64,000 bases of DNA from Candidatus Hydrogenedentota bacterium (GTDB taxonomy: Bacteria; Hydrogenedentota; Hydrogenedentia; Hydrogenedentales; JAEUWI01). The DNA lies in contig JAXMOL010000007.1 in the NCBI GenBank assembly GCA_034669905.1, positions 1 through 64,000 on the forward strand, written 5' to 3'. Under the pieces are notes generated by a model. It was given only the letters and a program-made list of their open reading frames with translations, did no database searches and was not told the DNA's origin. Made by a program: the position numbers and the translations under genes. Of the stretch, positions 9,116 to 18,478 are shown in pieces (within the stretch, counting starts at the first letter, position 1; each line of letters starts with the position of its first letter).

Positions 9116-10153
9116 CTAGGCCAACGCCACCACGTCCGCGATTAGCGCATCCACATCTTCTTCCGTCGTGTTCCAGTTGCAGACAAAGCGGGCGCCATCG
9201 CTACCGATAAAGGTGTAGAAATGCCACCCTTTTTCGTGGAGGCCATCGGAAAGTGCCACCGGCAGCCGCGCAAAGACCGCATTGGATTCGCGGGGGTATT
9301 GGAGTTCAACCCTTGCAACCCTGGAAAGTCCCTGGGCTAAGCGCTCGGCCATGGCGTTGGCGTGGGCCGCATGACGCAGGTAGGCACCACTACGCAGGAC
9401 CCCAAGAAAGGGGGCGGAGAGGAAGCGCATCTTCGAGGCGAGCTGTCCCGCCTGCTTACAGCGATAGCCGAATTCTTCCGCGAGTTCTTTGCGGAAAAAG
9501 ACCACCGCTTCGCCCACCGCCAGGCCCGCCTTGGTGCCGCCCATGCACAACACGTCCACACCCGCTTCCCAGGTGATGCACCGGGGAGCGATGTCGAGCG
9601 AAGCAATCGCGTTGGAAAGCCGGGAGCCGTCCATGTGAATGCGGAGTCCATATTTCCGCGCCAGGGCCCAGATGCTCTTGAGCTCATCGGGGGTGTAGAC
9701 CGTGCCGACTTCCGTGCTCTGGGTGACGCTGATGATCCGGGGCTTGGGATAGTGGATATCCTGGCGCCGGGTAATCTGATGTTCCAGGGCCGTCAGGTCG
9801 ACTTTGCCGTTTTCCCCACCTACCGTGAGAATCTTTGTGCCATTGGAGAAGAACTCCGGTGCCCCGCACTCGTCCGTCTCAATGTGGGCCCGCTCATGGC
9901 AGAGCACACTGTGGTAACTGTCACACAGACTCGCCAGGGCCAACGAGTTGGCCGCCGTGCCGTTAAACACGAAGAAGACTTCGCAGTCCACCTCAAAAAA
10001 TTCCCGGATGGCATCGGTCGCCGCCCCCGTGTGTTCGTCTTCGCCATAGGCCGGGGTGTAGCCCGTGTTGAACTGTTCCAGGGCGGCCCAGGCTTCGGGA
10101 CAAATGCCACTGCTGTTGTCACTGGCAAAGGCATGATAGCGGGAGGTGGTCAT
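9116..10153 (-). CDS. ltaE: Low-specificity L-threonine aldolase (PLP-dependent)
   Basis: FASDN, FNGTAANSLAL, HIETDECGAPEF, HMDGSR, GGTK (PLP lysine), QLASKMRF. Confidence 0.9.
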   Translation of the reverse strand: MTTSRYHAFASDNSSGICPEAWAALEQFNTGYTPAYGEDEHTGAATDAIREFFEVDCEVFFVFNGTAANSLALASLCDSYHSVLCHERAHIETDECGAPEFFSNGTKILTVGGENGKVDLTALEHQITRRQDIHYPKPRIISVTQSTEVGTVYTPDELKSIWALARKYGLRIHMDGSRLSNAIASLDIAPRCITWEAGVDVLCMGGTKAGLAVGEAVVFFRKELAEEFGYRCKQAGQLASKMRFLSAPFLGVLRSGAYLRHAAHANAMAERLAQGLSRVARVELQYPRESNAVFARLPVALSDGLHEKGWHFYTFIGSDGARFVCNWNTTEEDVDALIADVVALA

Positions 10154-10230
10154 AGGGGGCTTCCTTTGGGTGGGGCATGGGAGCATACACCCTGAGCAGG
10201 ATTATGCGCACCCGCCCACGGGCGCGTCTG

Positions 10231-10776
10231 TCACACGGATGAGTCGAGCGTTTCCACCGTAATGTTGGTGTTGGTGTAGATGCAGATTTCCGCCGCTACC
10301 GTCAGGGATTCCCGAACCACTTCTTCCGCAGTCATGTCGGTGTGCTTCACCAGGCTGCGGGCGGCCGCCAGGGCGAAGGAGCCGCCGGAACCAATGGCGA
10401 GGATGCCGTCTTCCGGTTCGATAATTTCGCCCGTACCGGCAATGAGGAGGGATTGTTCCCGGTCGCAGACGGCCAGGAGGGCGTTCAGTTGACGAAGATA
10501 TTTATCCGTCCGCCACTCTTTCCCCAGCTCCACCGCCGCACGGGTCAGGTTCTTGTTGTATTCCTGCAGTTTGCCTTCGAAACGCTCGAAAAGGGCGAAG
10601 GCATCCGACACCGCGCCGGCGAATCCCGCCAGTACGGCCCCATCGGCCAGGCGACGGACCTTCATGGCATTGCCCTTCATGACCGTGTCGCCCAGCGTAA
10701 CCTGGCCATCACCGCCAATGGCCACGACGCCGTTCTTACGGACAGAGATTACGGTGGTAGCGTGAAATTCTTGCAT
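10231..10776 (-). CDS. hslV: ATP-dependent protease peptidase subunit HslV
   Basis: HATT N-terminal Thr nucleophile, [32 protein letters not shown]. Confidence 0.97.
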   Translation of the reverse strand: MQEFHATTVISVRKNGVVAIGGDGQVTLGDTVMKGNAMKVRRLADGAVLAGFAGAVSDAFALFERFEGKLQEYNKNLTRAAVELGKEWRTDKYLRQLNALLAVCDREQSLLIAGTGEIIEPEDGILAIGSGGSFALAAARSLVKHTDMTAEEVVRESLTVAAEICIYTNTNITVETLDSSV

Positions 10777-10878
10777 GTATAGACTCCATAGACCGTGTAA
10801 GGGTCTGGGTTATTGGGGATGTTTCGCGAAGAGGACGCGCCCTGATAGTGTACAAAAAATCGGGCGCCATGCGTTAGA

Positions 10879-11526
10879 GGCTGTCCCGTCGTTAGCGAGG
10901 AATGCCCGTCGCGCACCACCCTAACGACGGGACAGCCACGCCCTGTCGCGACTTGCTGTTGGAAAGGCGACCGTACCAGTCCATAGCGCTTGCCTCAAAC
11001 CCGCCATCCCAATGGGCGAGACGGTCCCTGAGTAGGGACTGCCGCGCCCCATGTTTTTCTGAATGTGCGGGAGCTGATGGCCAGACAAGTGACTTGTTTT
11101 ACGCTGGAAAAGGTCGACGGCGGTGGCTGTCCCGTCGTTTGCGAGGAATGCCCGCCGCGCGCTTTGCTCACAACGGGACAGCCACGCCCTATTGCGACAT
11201 GCGGCTGGGAAGGCGACTCCACCAATCCATAGCGCTTGCCTCAAACCCGCCACCCCGATGGGCGAGACGGTCCCTACTCAGGGACTGCCGCGCCCCATGT
11301 TTTTCTGGACGTGCGGGGAGCTTATGGCCGGGGAAGTGACCTGCTTTGCGCTGGAAAAGGTCGACGGCGGTGGCTGTCCCGTCGTTTGCGAGGAATGCCC
11401 GCCGCGCGCTTCGCTCACAACGGGACAGCCCCGCCCTGTCGCGACATGCCGTTGGGGAGACGAACGCACCCGTCCATAGCGCCTTCTCCAAACACACCAC
11501 CCCGAGGGGCGAGATGGTCTCTGAGC
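10879..11526. repeat. Hairpin repeat family B, tandem array of about 2.6 units, 246-247-bp period
   Basis: GGCTGTCCCGTCGTT...ACGGGACAGCC inverted repeat at 10879, 11125 and 11372, alternating with the hairpin GGGCGAGACGGTCCCT-N4-AGGGACTGCCGCGCCC. Confidence 0.9.
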
Positions 11527-11545
11527 TTTTCGGAAACTCCCCGTG

Positions 11546-12862
11546 TCAAAACCTTACCCAATGGACTTCATTACTCAACAGATCGTCTGTTCCCTCTCCG
11601 GGCACGCCGGCGGTGTAGATGACTCCGGGCGTATCGGGGACGGTGTTGTGACCGGTGTTGCGCTCCACATTGGGCAGCCAGTGGGGGACGGTGGGGTCTA
11701 TTTTGCTAAGCAGCTTTCCGGTGAAATTTTGACCGCCGTCGGTGGACGTAAAGCCGATGACCTCGCAGCCGGGCGTGCCCCAACCGGAGTGTTCGGGTTT
11801 TTTTCCTGGGGGAATCAAGGTAAGTGCGACAAAGACAGTGCCGTTCTTTGAGACGGTAATCCCGCCGGGAGTGAACAGGTTCCAGTCTGTATAGGGCTCC
11901 GGCAGGGCGGGGCGGAGTGAACGCTTTTCCCAGCCGCCGTCTCCATCGGGCATCGCGATCCACGCATCATTGGGCACCACATCCTGGCTGGAGTAAAGCA
12001 TCACGGGACGTCCATCCGGCAAAATGCTCAGGCCCGCCGCACGGAGTCCCGCGCCGGCACCTTCCCGGACCTGCTCGATGACCTCAATGGTCGCGGCCGT
12101 GGCGGGCAGCGCGATGGGCGTGCCGTCATGCCGGGTCCAGGTCGCGCCCTGATCGGCACTCCGCATGTAACCGACGGTATGGCTCCGGGGAGGGGTGCCA
12201 TCATGAATGCGGGTGACGAGGTGCAGGTATTTTTTGTCGGGACTCCACGCGAGGGCGTCCATAAAATGGGCGTAGCCCGTTTCTTCTGCCGACAGTATCG
12301 GTCGCGGGTCGCTCCACGTGTCGCCTGCTTTTTTGGTATAGAGATTGACCCGCCACGGCTCCGAGCGGTTCTGGCGGCAGGTGAGATAAAGGGTGTCTTC
12401 GTTGTCGATGACCAAGGTGGGGTAGGTGACCCGCTCGCCGACCTCTTCGGCCTCACCCCAGGCGCTGGCGTCGTTGGGGCGAAGGGATTTTTTGATGCGC
12501 ATGGGGTGGTGGTGGGGGTAGTAGGCCATGTGCAGATAGCCCTGGCTATCGATTGCCAGCGCCGCTCCGCCGTGGTTGTCGAAGGCCTCGTCCACCGTAT
12601 AGGGAGGAGACCACGTGTTCGTTCGATGGTCCAGGGTTCGAACGCGTACCCGGAAGCCTTCGGGAGGCGAATCCAGGTATGCGACGTGGGTTTTCCCGTC
12701 CGAGGTCACGATCTTGTTGGCTTCTGCGTAACCCGTGGCACGCCCACAGCCTTCCGTAGATAGGACGAAAGGGTTTGCGCCGGGTGATGTCTCGGATTGC
12801 CCTGCGGAATTCAAGGCCAGGAGCATGGTGCTCCCCGTCATTAGAAAGGTGCGTCGCTTCAC
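11546..12862 (-). CDS. Tat-exported BNR/Asp-box repeat protein (beta-propeller, sialidase-like fold)
   Basis: MKRRTFL twin-arginine signal; DNHG..LAIDSQGYLH..YYPHH, TYP, and Asp boxes SADQGATW and STDGGQNF. Confidence 0.8.
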   Translation of the reverse strand: MKRRTFLMTGSTMLLALNSAGQSETSPGANPFVLSTEGCGRATGYAEANKIVTSDGKTHVAYLDSPPEGFRVRVRTLDHRTNTWSPPYTVDEAFDNHGGAALAIDSQGYLHMAYYPHHHPMRIKKSLRPNDASAWGEAEEVGERVTYPTLVIDNEDTLYLTCRQNRSEPWRVNLYTKKAGDTWSDPRPILSAEETGYAHFMDALAWSPDKKYLHLVTRIHDGTPPRSHTVGYMRSADQGATWTRHDGTPIALPATAATIEVIEQVREGAGAGLRAAGLSILPDGRPVMLYSSQDVVPNDAWIAMPDGDGGWEKRSLRPALPEPYTDWNLFTPGGITVSKNGTVFVALTLIPPGKKPEHSGWGTPGCEVIGFTSTDGGQNFTGKLLSKIDPTVPHWLPNVERNTGHNTVPDTPGVIYTAGVPGEGTDDLLSNEVHWVRF

Positions 12863-12954
12863 GTGTTGGTGTCTCCTGTCTACTGCCGTTGTGGGTGTCA
12901 GGTCACGGTATCAAATGATTCGCGCGATTGCCAGCCGATACGCCATGCCGTCAG

Positions 12955-13232
12955 GCGAGACGGTTTCCCACTCAGGGACTGCCGCGCCCCATGTTTTTCT
13001 GGACGTGCGGGGAGCTTTCGTCCAGACAGGTGACCTGCATTGCGCTGGAAAAGGTCGACGGCGGTGGCTGTCCCGCCGTTTGCGAGAAATTCCCGCCGCG
13101 CGCTTCGCCCACAACGGGACAGCCACGCCCTGTCGCGACAAGCCCATGGGGTTGTGACACTACAAGTCCATGGCGTTTTCCCTAAACACACCATCCCGAT
13201 GGGCGAGACGGTCCCTGAATTGCCACGCCCTG
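12955..13232. repeat. Hairpin repeat family B, further unit in the same orientation
   Basis: Matches the 11260-11520 unit, e.g. CAGGGACTGCCGCGCCCCATGTTTTTCTGGACGTGCGGGGAGCTT and GCTGGAAAAGGTCGACGGCGGTGGCTGTCCCG. Confidence 0.9.
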
Positions 13233-13310
13233 TGGCCTGCACGGGTAGGGGTAGATACGGTACAATCAGGGGGAATGAATTGGCAGTACCCCCTTGAAAG
13301 TGAGTGTATT

Positions 13311-13781
13311 ATGCAAGAAGTTATTTTCGGCATCGCCCTGTTGGTGGGGCTGGTAGCCCTGCAGATGGGGATGCGTTATTGGACCCTCCATCGCACCCGC
13401 GTGGCGTGGAGTGAGGCCCAGGAGCATATGACCCGGGGCGACTTTGAAGAGGCCGAAGTGGCCCTCGCCAAGTGCGTCAAACTCATGCCCCTGTGGATTC
13501 AGCCCCGGGTGCTTTATGGCTCCGTCCTGTCCCGCCTCAACAAACTGGAGTCGGCCGAAGAGCAGCTTAAGCTCGCGGCACAACTCCAGCCGAAAGATTC
13601 GGGAGGCTACATCGAGTTGGCGATCTTCTATATCACCGTCGCCGACAAGATGGAAGACGGCATCGCCGCACTGAATCAGGCCCTCAAAAACGATCCCCAG
13701 GCCCGTTACCGCATCGACACGGAGCCCCGCCTTCGCGATTTCCGCGAGCGGGACGCCTACGCGCAGCTGGGGGCGGAGTAG
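13311..13781 (+). CDS. Membrane-anchored TPR protein
   Basis: N-terminal hydrophobic helix followed by TPR-like helices (GDFEEAEVALAKC, YGSVLSRLNKLESAEEQL). Confidence 0.75.
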   Translation: MQEVIFGIALLVGLVALQMGMRYWTLHRTRVAWSEAQEHMTRGDFEEAEVALAKCVKLMPLWIQPRVLYGSVLSRLNKLESAEEQLKLAAQLQPKDSGGYIELAIFYITVADKMEDGIAALNQALKNDPQARYRIDTEPRLRDFRERDAYAQLGAE

Positions 13782-14099
13782 GGGGTGGACGATGCCCGCC
13801 CTCCCGTTTGATGTCGTTTGGTTGGAGTGCGGGTTTTCCTGCCCGCAATAAGACGAAAGATTGACCGAATGGGCACGTTGCGCGGGGGATCGGGCCCAGA
13901 GTCTCCCACTTCGGCCGACGAAGCCTTGGTTTCCCAGAATTCGCAACGCCTCCATTCCAGGCGTTATACTACGTCTTCCATCGCAGCGCGTCAGAGTCTA
14001 ACTATTTTGGTTTCAACGGCTTAACGTCTTCTGTGGTGATGTCCATACGACCTGCCAGGCCCCTTCAGGCCCTTCGCAGGGGTAGAACCCGTTGTGTAT

Positions 14100-14129
14100 T
14101 TGACATAAAAGGCCGTAATTTCGTATAGT
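14100..14129 (+). promoter_or_regulatory. sigma70 promoter of the rpmH operon
   Basis: TTGACA (14100-14105)-18 bp-TATAGT (14124-14129). Confidence 0.65.
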
Positions 14130-14241
14130 TACGTGCTTGTCTGATTTTCCATCACTGGGACGGGGTGCATCTTCTATGTTCACCAATCTGCCGTTCCCGG
14201 GATTACTTTTGTTACAGCAGTACTGTTAAAAGGAGAGTAGC

Positions 14242-14376
14242 GTGAAACGCACCTTTCAACCTTCCAACATCAAACGGAAGCGTACCCATGGTTTTCGTGC
14301 CCGTATGGCCACCAAGAATGGCCGTCGCGTAATCAACAATCGTCGTCGTAGGGGTCGTAAGAGCCTTACCGTATAA
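14242..14376 (+). CDS. rpmH: 50S ribosomal protein L34
   Basis: Below the ORF-track size cutoff. GTG start, [53 protein letters not shown]. Confidence 0.98.
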   Translation: MKRTFQPSNIKRKRTHGFRARMATKNGRRVINNRRRRGRKSLTV

Positions 14377-14396
14377 TTGAATGTGATGATCCTGTA

Positions 14397-14837
14397 GTGC
14401 AGGACCCGGTAGCACCAACCAGCGACCCCACTTCGGACGCTTCCGCCGTGCCCGATGCGACTCCTTCCACGGACCGAACGCGTCGAGGTCGACTTACTTT
14501 CAGACCAGCGGACCGAATCCGAAAAAAATCTGAGTATGCGGCTGTATTTTCAAAGAACCGCAAAGTGGTTGATCGCTATTTTGTGTGCTACCTGGCCACA
14601 CGGGAAGAACAAGGGAATAAAATGGGCTTGGCGGTGTCGCGCAAGGTCGGTAATGCGGTTACCCGTAATCGGGTAAAGCGCTACCTGCGTGAATTCTACC
14701 GCACACACCGCGCCGCGATGAAAACCCCCTGCGAATTGGTGGTGGTGGCGCGGCCGGCAGCCGCCTCGATGAGTTACGCCGACTGTGTTCGTGCGATGAC
14801 ACGCCTTCTGCAGCAGGGAGGTGTGCTGGATGGCTAG
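14397..14837 (+). CDS. rnpA: Ribonuclease P protein component (start uncertain)
   Basis: GLAVSRKVGNAVTRNRVKRYLRE RNR motif; follows rpmH. Confidence 0.95.
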   Translation: MQDPVAPTSDPTSDASAVPDATPSTDRTRRGRLTFRPADRIRKKSEYAAVFSKNRKVVDRYFVCYLATREEQGNKMGLAVSRKVGNAVTRNRVKRYLREFYRTHRAAMKTPCELVVVARPAAASMSYADCVRAMTRLLQQGGVLDG

Positions 14838-15084
14838 GCTGATGATAGCCTGCATCCGACTCTACCAACGGTGGTTATCACCGTGGCTCGGCACCAACTG
14901 CCGCTTTTATCCCTCTTGTTCCCAGTATGCGATTGAGGCCCTTCAGCACCACGGTGTACTTCGTGGTTCAGCCTACGCCCTGTGGCGCATCGCACGTTGC
15001 AGCCCGCTGACGCCCGGGGGATTTGACCCCGTGCCCGGCACGGCGCCCGACGATACCGGATCATCCGACACAACATCGGCCTGA
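14830..15084 (+). CDS. yidD: Membrane protein insertion efficiency factor YidD
   Basis: YQRWLSP, CRFYPSCSQYA, RIARCSP..PGGFDPVP. Confidence 0.96.
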   Translation: MARLMIACIRLYQRWLSPWLGTNCRFYPSCSQYAIEALQHHGVLRGSAYALWRIARCSPLTPGGFDPVPGTAPDDTGSSDTTSA

Positions 15085-15129
15085 GTGCGTCTGTGAAATG
15101 ACGCGCTGTTATGGCTTGGAGCGTACACG

Positions 15130-17082
15130 TTGCTCGGTGATCATAAACGCGACAAAGAAATGCAGCGGAACCATACTATCGCAATCCTGCTGATGACGGT
15201 TCTGGTAATGGGTTGGTTCTATTTCTTTGCGCCAACCCCGCCTCCCCCCTCCCCGGAAACACCCCTTGCCCCTGTCGTGGGCGAAGAGACCCCGCAAGAC
15301 CCGGCGGAAGGCCTGTCTGCCATTGAGCGCCAGATGGAAGCGCTTCGGGAAACCGAGGCCCCGGCCCCGGTTGACCCGGCCGAGGCCAAGACCGGCATCG
15401 CAGCCCTGGCATTCGACCCGGCTGTGGCACCCGCCAACGAATATACCCTGAGCAATGCGCACCTCGACCTGGTGTTCACTGATGTGGGTGCCCGTCTGAA
15501 GCAGGGTACGGTTCTGGTCGAAAACGGCGACGCCCAGCCCCTCATTCCCCAACACGAGGATATGCGCGAAGACGAAATCGCCTTTCCCCTCGGCCTGGAA
15601 TTCCAGAAGACCTACCTTGCGGACGCCCTGGACCAGAGTCGGTGGACCCTCGTGTCCCAAAGCGACGATGCCCTTCAGTTTGCCATTGAGCTGCCGGAAC
15701 CCTTTCACGCGAAGCTCACCAAGACGTTCGCCATTTCGCAGGACCACCCCAACGTCTTGCGGGTTGGTGTGTCCTTTACCAACACCCACAGCGAATCCCG
15801 GGTTCTGGGTCTGGATCAGCAGGAAGCCGCCTTTGCGCTCTCCTGGTCGCCCAACGTACACTCCGGGGACGAAGACAATCGCATGGCCCATCAGGAACTG
15901 GTCTGGCGAGACAACGAAATTAATACCCACTTTGCGACCTCCAAGCTCGAGCTACAGCCCGACGGTGGCTATGCCAAGGTGATGCCCGCCCTGGATTGGG
16001 TTGCCATTAAGAGCGCCTATTTCGTGGTGGCCATGAAGGCCGAATACGAAGGTTCCAGCGCCTGGGCGAAGGGCGTTCCCGACAATTTCGAAGTAGCCCT
16101 GGAAGTGCCGCGGGAAGAAGTGGCCCCGGGTGCGACCCTTACCCGTGACTTCAAGGTCTACCTCGGCCCCGCGCAGGGTGCCAGCCTCGCCGCTGCCTGG
16201 CCCGGCCTGAAGTCCGTCCTCCAGTTTTTCACCATGTTCAGCTTCATGGATACCTTTGCCAAGGGCATGCTCTACGTGCTGAACTGGTTCTACGCCAGCA
16301 TCATTGCCAACTACGGCTTTGCCATTATCTTCCTCACCATTCTCGTGCGTTCTGCCATGTTCCCCTTGACCCTCAAGGGTATGAAGAGCATGAAGAAAAT
16401 GCAGAAGCTGGCACCCCAGATGGAGAAGATCAAGGAAGAGGTCGGCGACGATCAGCAGGAAATGCAGAAGCGGATGATGGAGCTCTACAAGGAGCGTGGC
16501 GTCAATCCGCTGGGTGGCTGTATGCCCATGCTCCTGCAGATGCCCGTATTCATCGCCCTCTATCGGGTCTATGCCACCGCCTTTGAATTTCGCGGTGCGC
16601 CCTTCCTCGGTTGGATTACCGACCTGTCCGAGCCCGACGCGCTGTTCATGCTTCCCTTTACGATTCCCTTGCCCTTCACGGCCAACGGCATCGATTCCTT
16701 CAATCTGCTCCCCATCCTCATGGGGCTTGCCATGGTGGCCAGTACCAAAATCATGCCCACCTCCGGGCCGGTGCAGAATCCGCAGCAGAAAATGATGATG
16801 ACACTCATGCCGGTTTTCTTCAGTGTCATTTGTTACAACATGGCCTCGGGCCTCAACCTTTACATTTTGACCAGCACCGTGCTGGGCATCGTGCAGAATT
16901 ATTTCATCCATGTAAGTGACGACGAAGTCAGTCCCAAGCCAGGAAAGTCTACGAAGGCGAAGTCGGGCGCGAAATCCAAGCCCAGGCACTTCTATGCGGC
17001 AGCCCAGGCGCGCAAACGCGAGATGGCGAAAGAAAAACGCCGCGATAAGAAAAAAGGGCGCGCCGGGAAAGGACAGGACTGA
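15130..17082 (+). CDS. yidC: Membrane protein insertase YidC
   Basis: N-terminal TM, periplasmic domain, NYGFAIIFLTILVR, GVNPLGGCMPMLLQMPVF, WITDLSEPD, SGLNLY. Confidence 0.97.
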   Translation: MLGDHKRDKEMQRNHTIAILLMTVLVMGWFYFFAPTPPPPSPETPLAPVVGEETPQDPAEGLSAIERQMEALRETEAPAPVDPAEAKTGIAALAFDPAVAPANEYTLSNAHLDLVFTDVGARLKQGTVLVENGDAQPLIPQHEDMREDEIAFPLGLEFQKTYLADALDQSRWTLVSQSDDALQFAIELPEPFHAKLTKTFAISQDHPNVLRVGVSFTNTHSESRVLGLDQQEAAFALSWSPNVHSGDEDNRMAHQELVWRDNEINTHFATSKLELQPDGGYAKVMPALDWVAIKSAYFVVAMKAEYEGSSAWAKGVPDNFEVALEVPREEVAPGATLTRDFKVYLGPAQGASLAAAWPGLKSVLQFFTMFSFMDTFAKGMLYVLNWFYASIIANYGFAIIFLTILVRSAMFPLTLKGMKSMKKMQKLAPQMEKIKEEVGDDQQEMQKRMMELYKERGVNPLGGCMPMLLQMPVFIALYRVYATAFEFRGAPFLGWITDLSEPDALFMLPFTIPLPFTANGIDSFNLLPILMGLAMVASTKIMPTSGPVQNPQQKMMMTLMPVFFSVICYNMASGLNLYILTSTVLGIVQNYFIHVSDDEVSPKPGKSTKAKSGAKSKPRHFYAAAQARKREMAKEKRRDKKKGRAGKGQD

Positions 17083-17164
17083 TGCTTCGGACAGTCAGCC
17101 AATGGGCGGTGGGTGGGTGCCGTCAAAGCAACGCGGGCGATGGCCCGCCGGGAGAACACGCATT

Positions 17165-18478
17165 ATGAAGCAAGTGGAGGCAAGCGCCAAGACACGAGAG
17201 GAAGCAATTCAAAACGCACTCAAAGATCTTGGCGTGGAAATGTATGAAGTCGATAAGATTGAAGTGCTGGATGAAGGCAGCAAAGGGCTGTTTGGCTTTG
17301 GTGCCCGTCCGGTCAAAGTACGGCTCGTTGTAGAGAATATGCCCGATGAGCCCCAGCGGGAAGAGCGCCCTCGGCGGAACAATAACCGCGGACGGGGCGG
17401 CGAACGCAATCAATCCCGGGAAAGTCGTGGAGAGCGTTCCGAACGAAGCGGCAACCGCAATGAAGGCCGTGGCGAGCGGAAAGAGCGCAGTGGCAACGCC
17501 GAAGCGCGTGGCGAGCGCAATGGCGAACGGGAAGAACGGGGCCGCGGTCGTGGCGACAAGTCCCGGAACGAGCGGGGCAATCGTAATCGGAATGCCCGCA
17601 CCGAAGAATCCAACGAGGCCACGAAGGGTAACGAAGGGGGAAATAGCACCCCCAACGAATCCCGCGGCCGGAATCGCAATGATAAAGAAGTAAGTCCCAG
17701 CCGTGGCGCCCGCAATCGCGGTCGGAAACGGGAAGATCGCCCCGAGGGCGAAGAACGGCAAGAACGCCCGCAGCGCCGGGAACGTCCCGCCGCGGAAGAA
17801 TCCACGGCCCCGGTCAGTGGTGAAGAACCCACCGTCGACGGGATCGCCGCCGATGCGATTGAACCCATTACGGATGCCCAGGGCAATGAAGCCGCAGCCC
17901 TGCTCGAGGAAATTATTTCCAATATGGGTATCGAGGCGAAGGCCGCGTTCACCCGTTCCGAAGATGGTAGCGCACGGCTGAACGTCACTTCCGAAGACAG
18001 CGCCATCTTGATTGGTCGTAAGGGCCGCAATCTGAGCGCCATGCAGTATCTTATCAACCGGATGATTTCCCGGGGGGATACCAATGAGAGCTCAGAACGG
18101 CTGGTGGTTGACGTAGAAGGTTATGTCGACCGGCGCCGCGAAACCCTGCAAGACATGGCGCGTTCCATGGCCGAGCGGGCCAAAGAATCTAACCGCAATA
18201 TGCGGCTCAAGCCCCTCAGTCCCCAGGAGCGCCGCATCGTGCACCTTACCCTGCAGGATGACGAGGATATCCGGACCTTCAGTCTGGGTGAGTCCCTCTA
18301 CCGCAGCGTCGTAATTAGCCCCAAGGGTGCGGCCCAGCCCGATCGTAACCGCAGCAGTCGCGGTGGACGTGGTGGCCGGGGTCGTCGTCGTGGCGGCCGC
18401 GATCGCAATCAAGAGCAGCGTTCCGGACGTAACCGTCCCGCCGAACAGGATGTGGACGCGGGCACCTTCGGTGACTGA
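17165..18478 (+). CDS. jag: RNA-binding protein Jag/EloR (Jag_N, long linker, KH, R3H)
   Basis: Jag_N (EGSKGLFGFGARP), KH (ILIGRKGRNLSAMQYL), R3H (ERRIVH). Confidence 0.93.
   Translation: MKQVEASAKTREEAIQNALKDLGVEMYEVDKIEVLDEGSKGLFGFGARPVKVRLVVENMPDEPQREERPRRNNNRGRGGERNQSRESRGERSERSGNRNEGRGERKERSGNAEARGERNGEREERGRGRGDKSRNERGNRNRNARTEESNEATKGNEGGNSTPNESRGRNRNDKEVSPSRGARNRGRKREDRPEGEERQERPQRRERPAAEESTAPVSGEEPTVDGIAADAIEPITDAQGNEAAALLEEIISNMGIEAKAAFTRSEDGSARLNVTSEDSAILIGRKGRNLSAMQYLINRMISRGDTNESSERLVVDVEGYVDRRRETLQDMARSMAERAKESNRNMRLKPLSPQERRIVHLTLQDDEDIRTFSLGESLYRSVVISPKGAAQPDRNRSSRGGRGGRGRRRGGRDRNQEQRSGRNRPAEQDVDAGTFGD

Noticed and set aside
10879..13232. CRISPR array or integron attC sites
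   Set aside because: Whole ~246-bp units repeat, no RYYYAAC/GTTRRRY core sites were seen, and there is no integrase.
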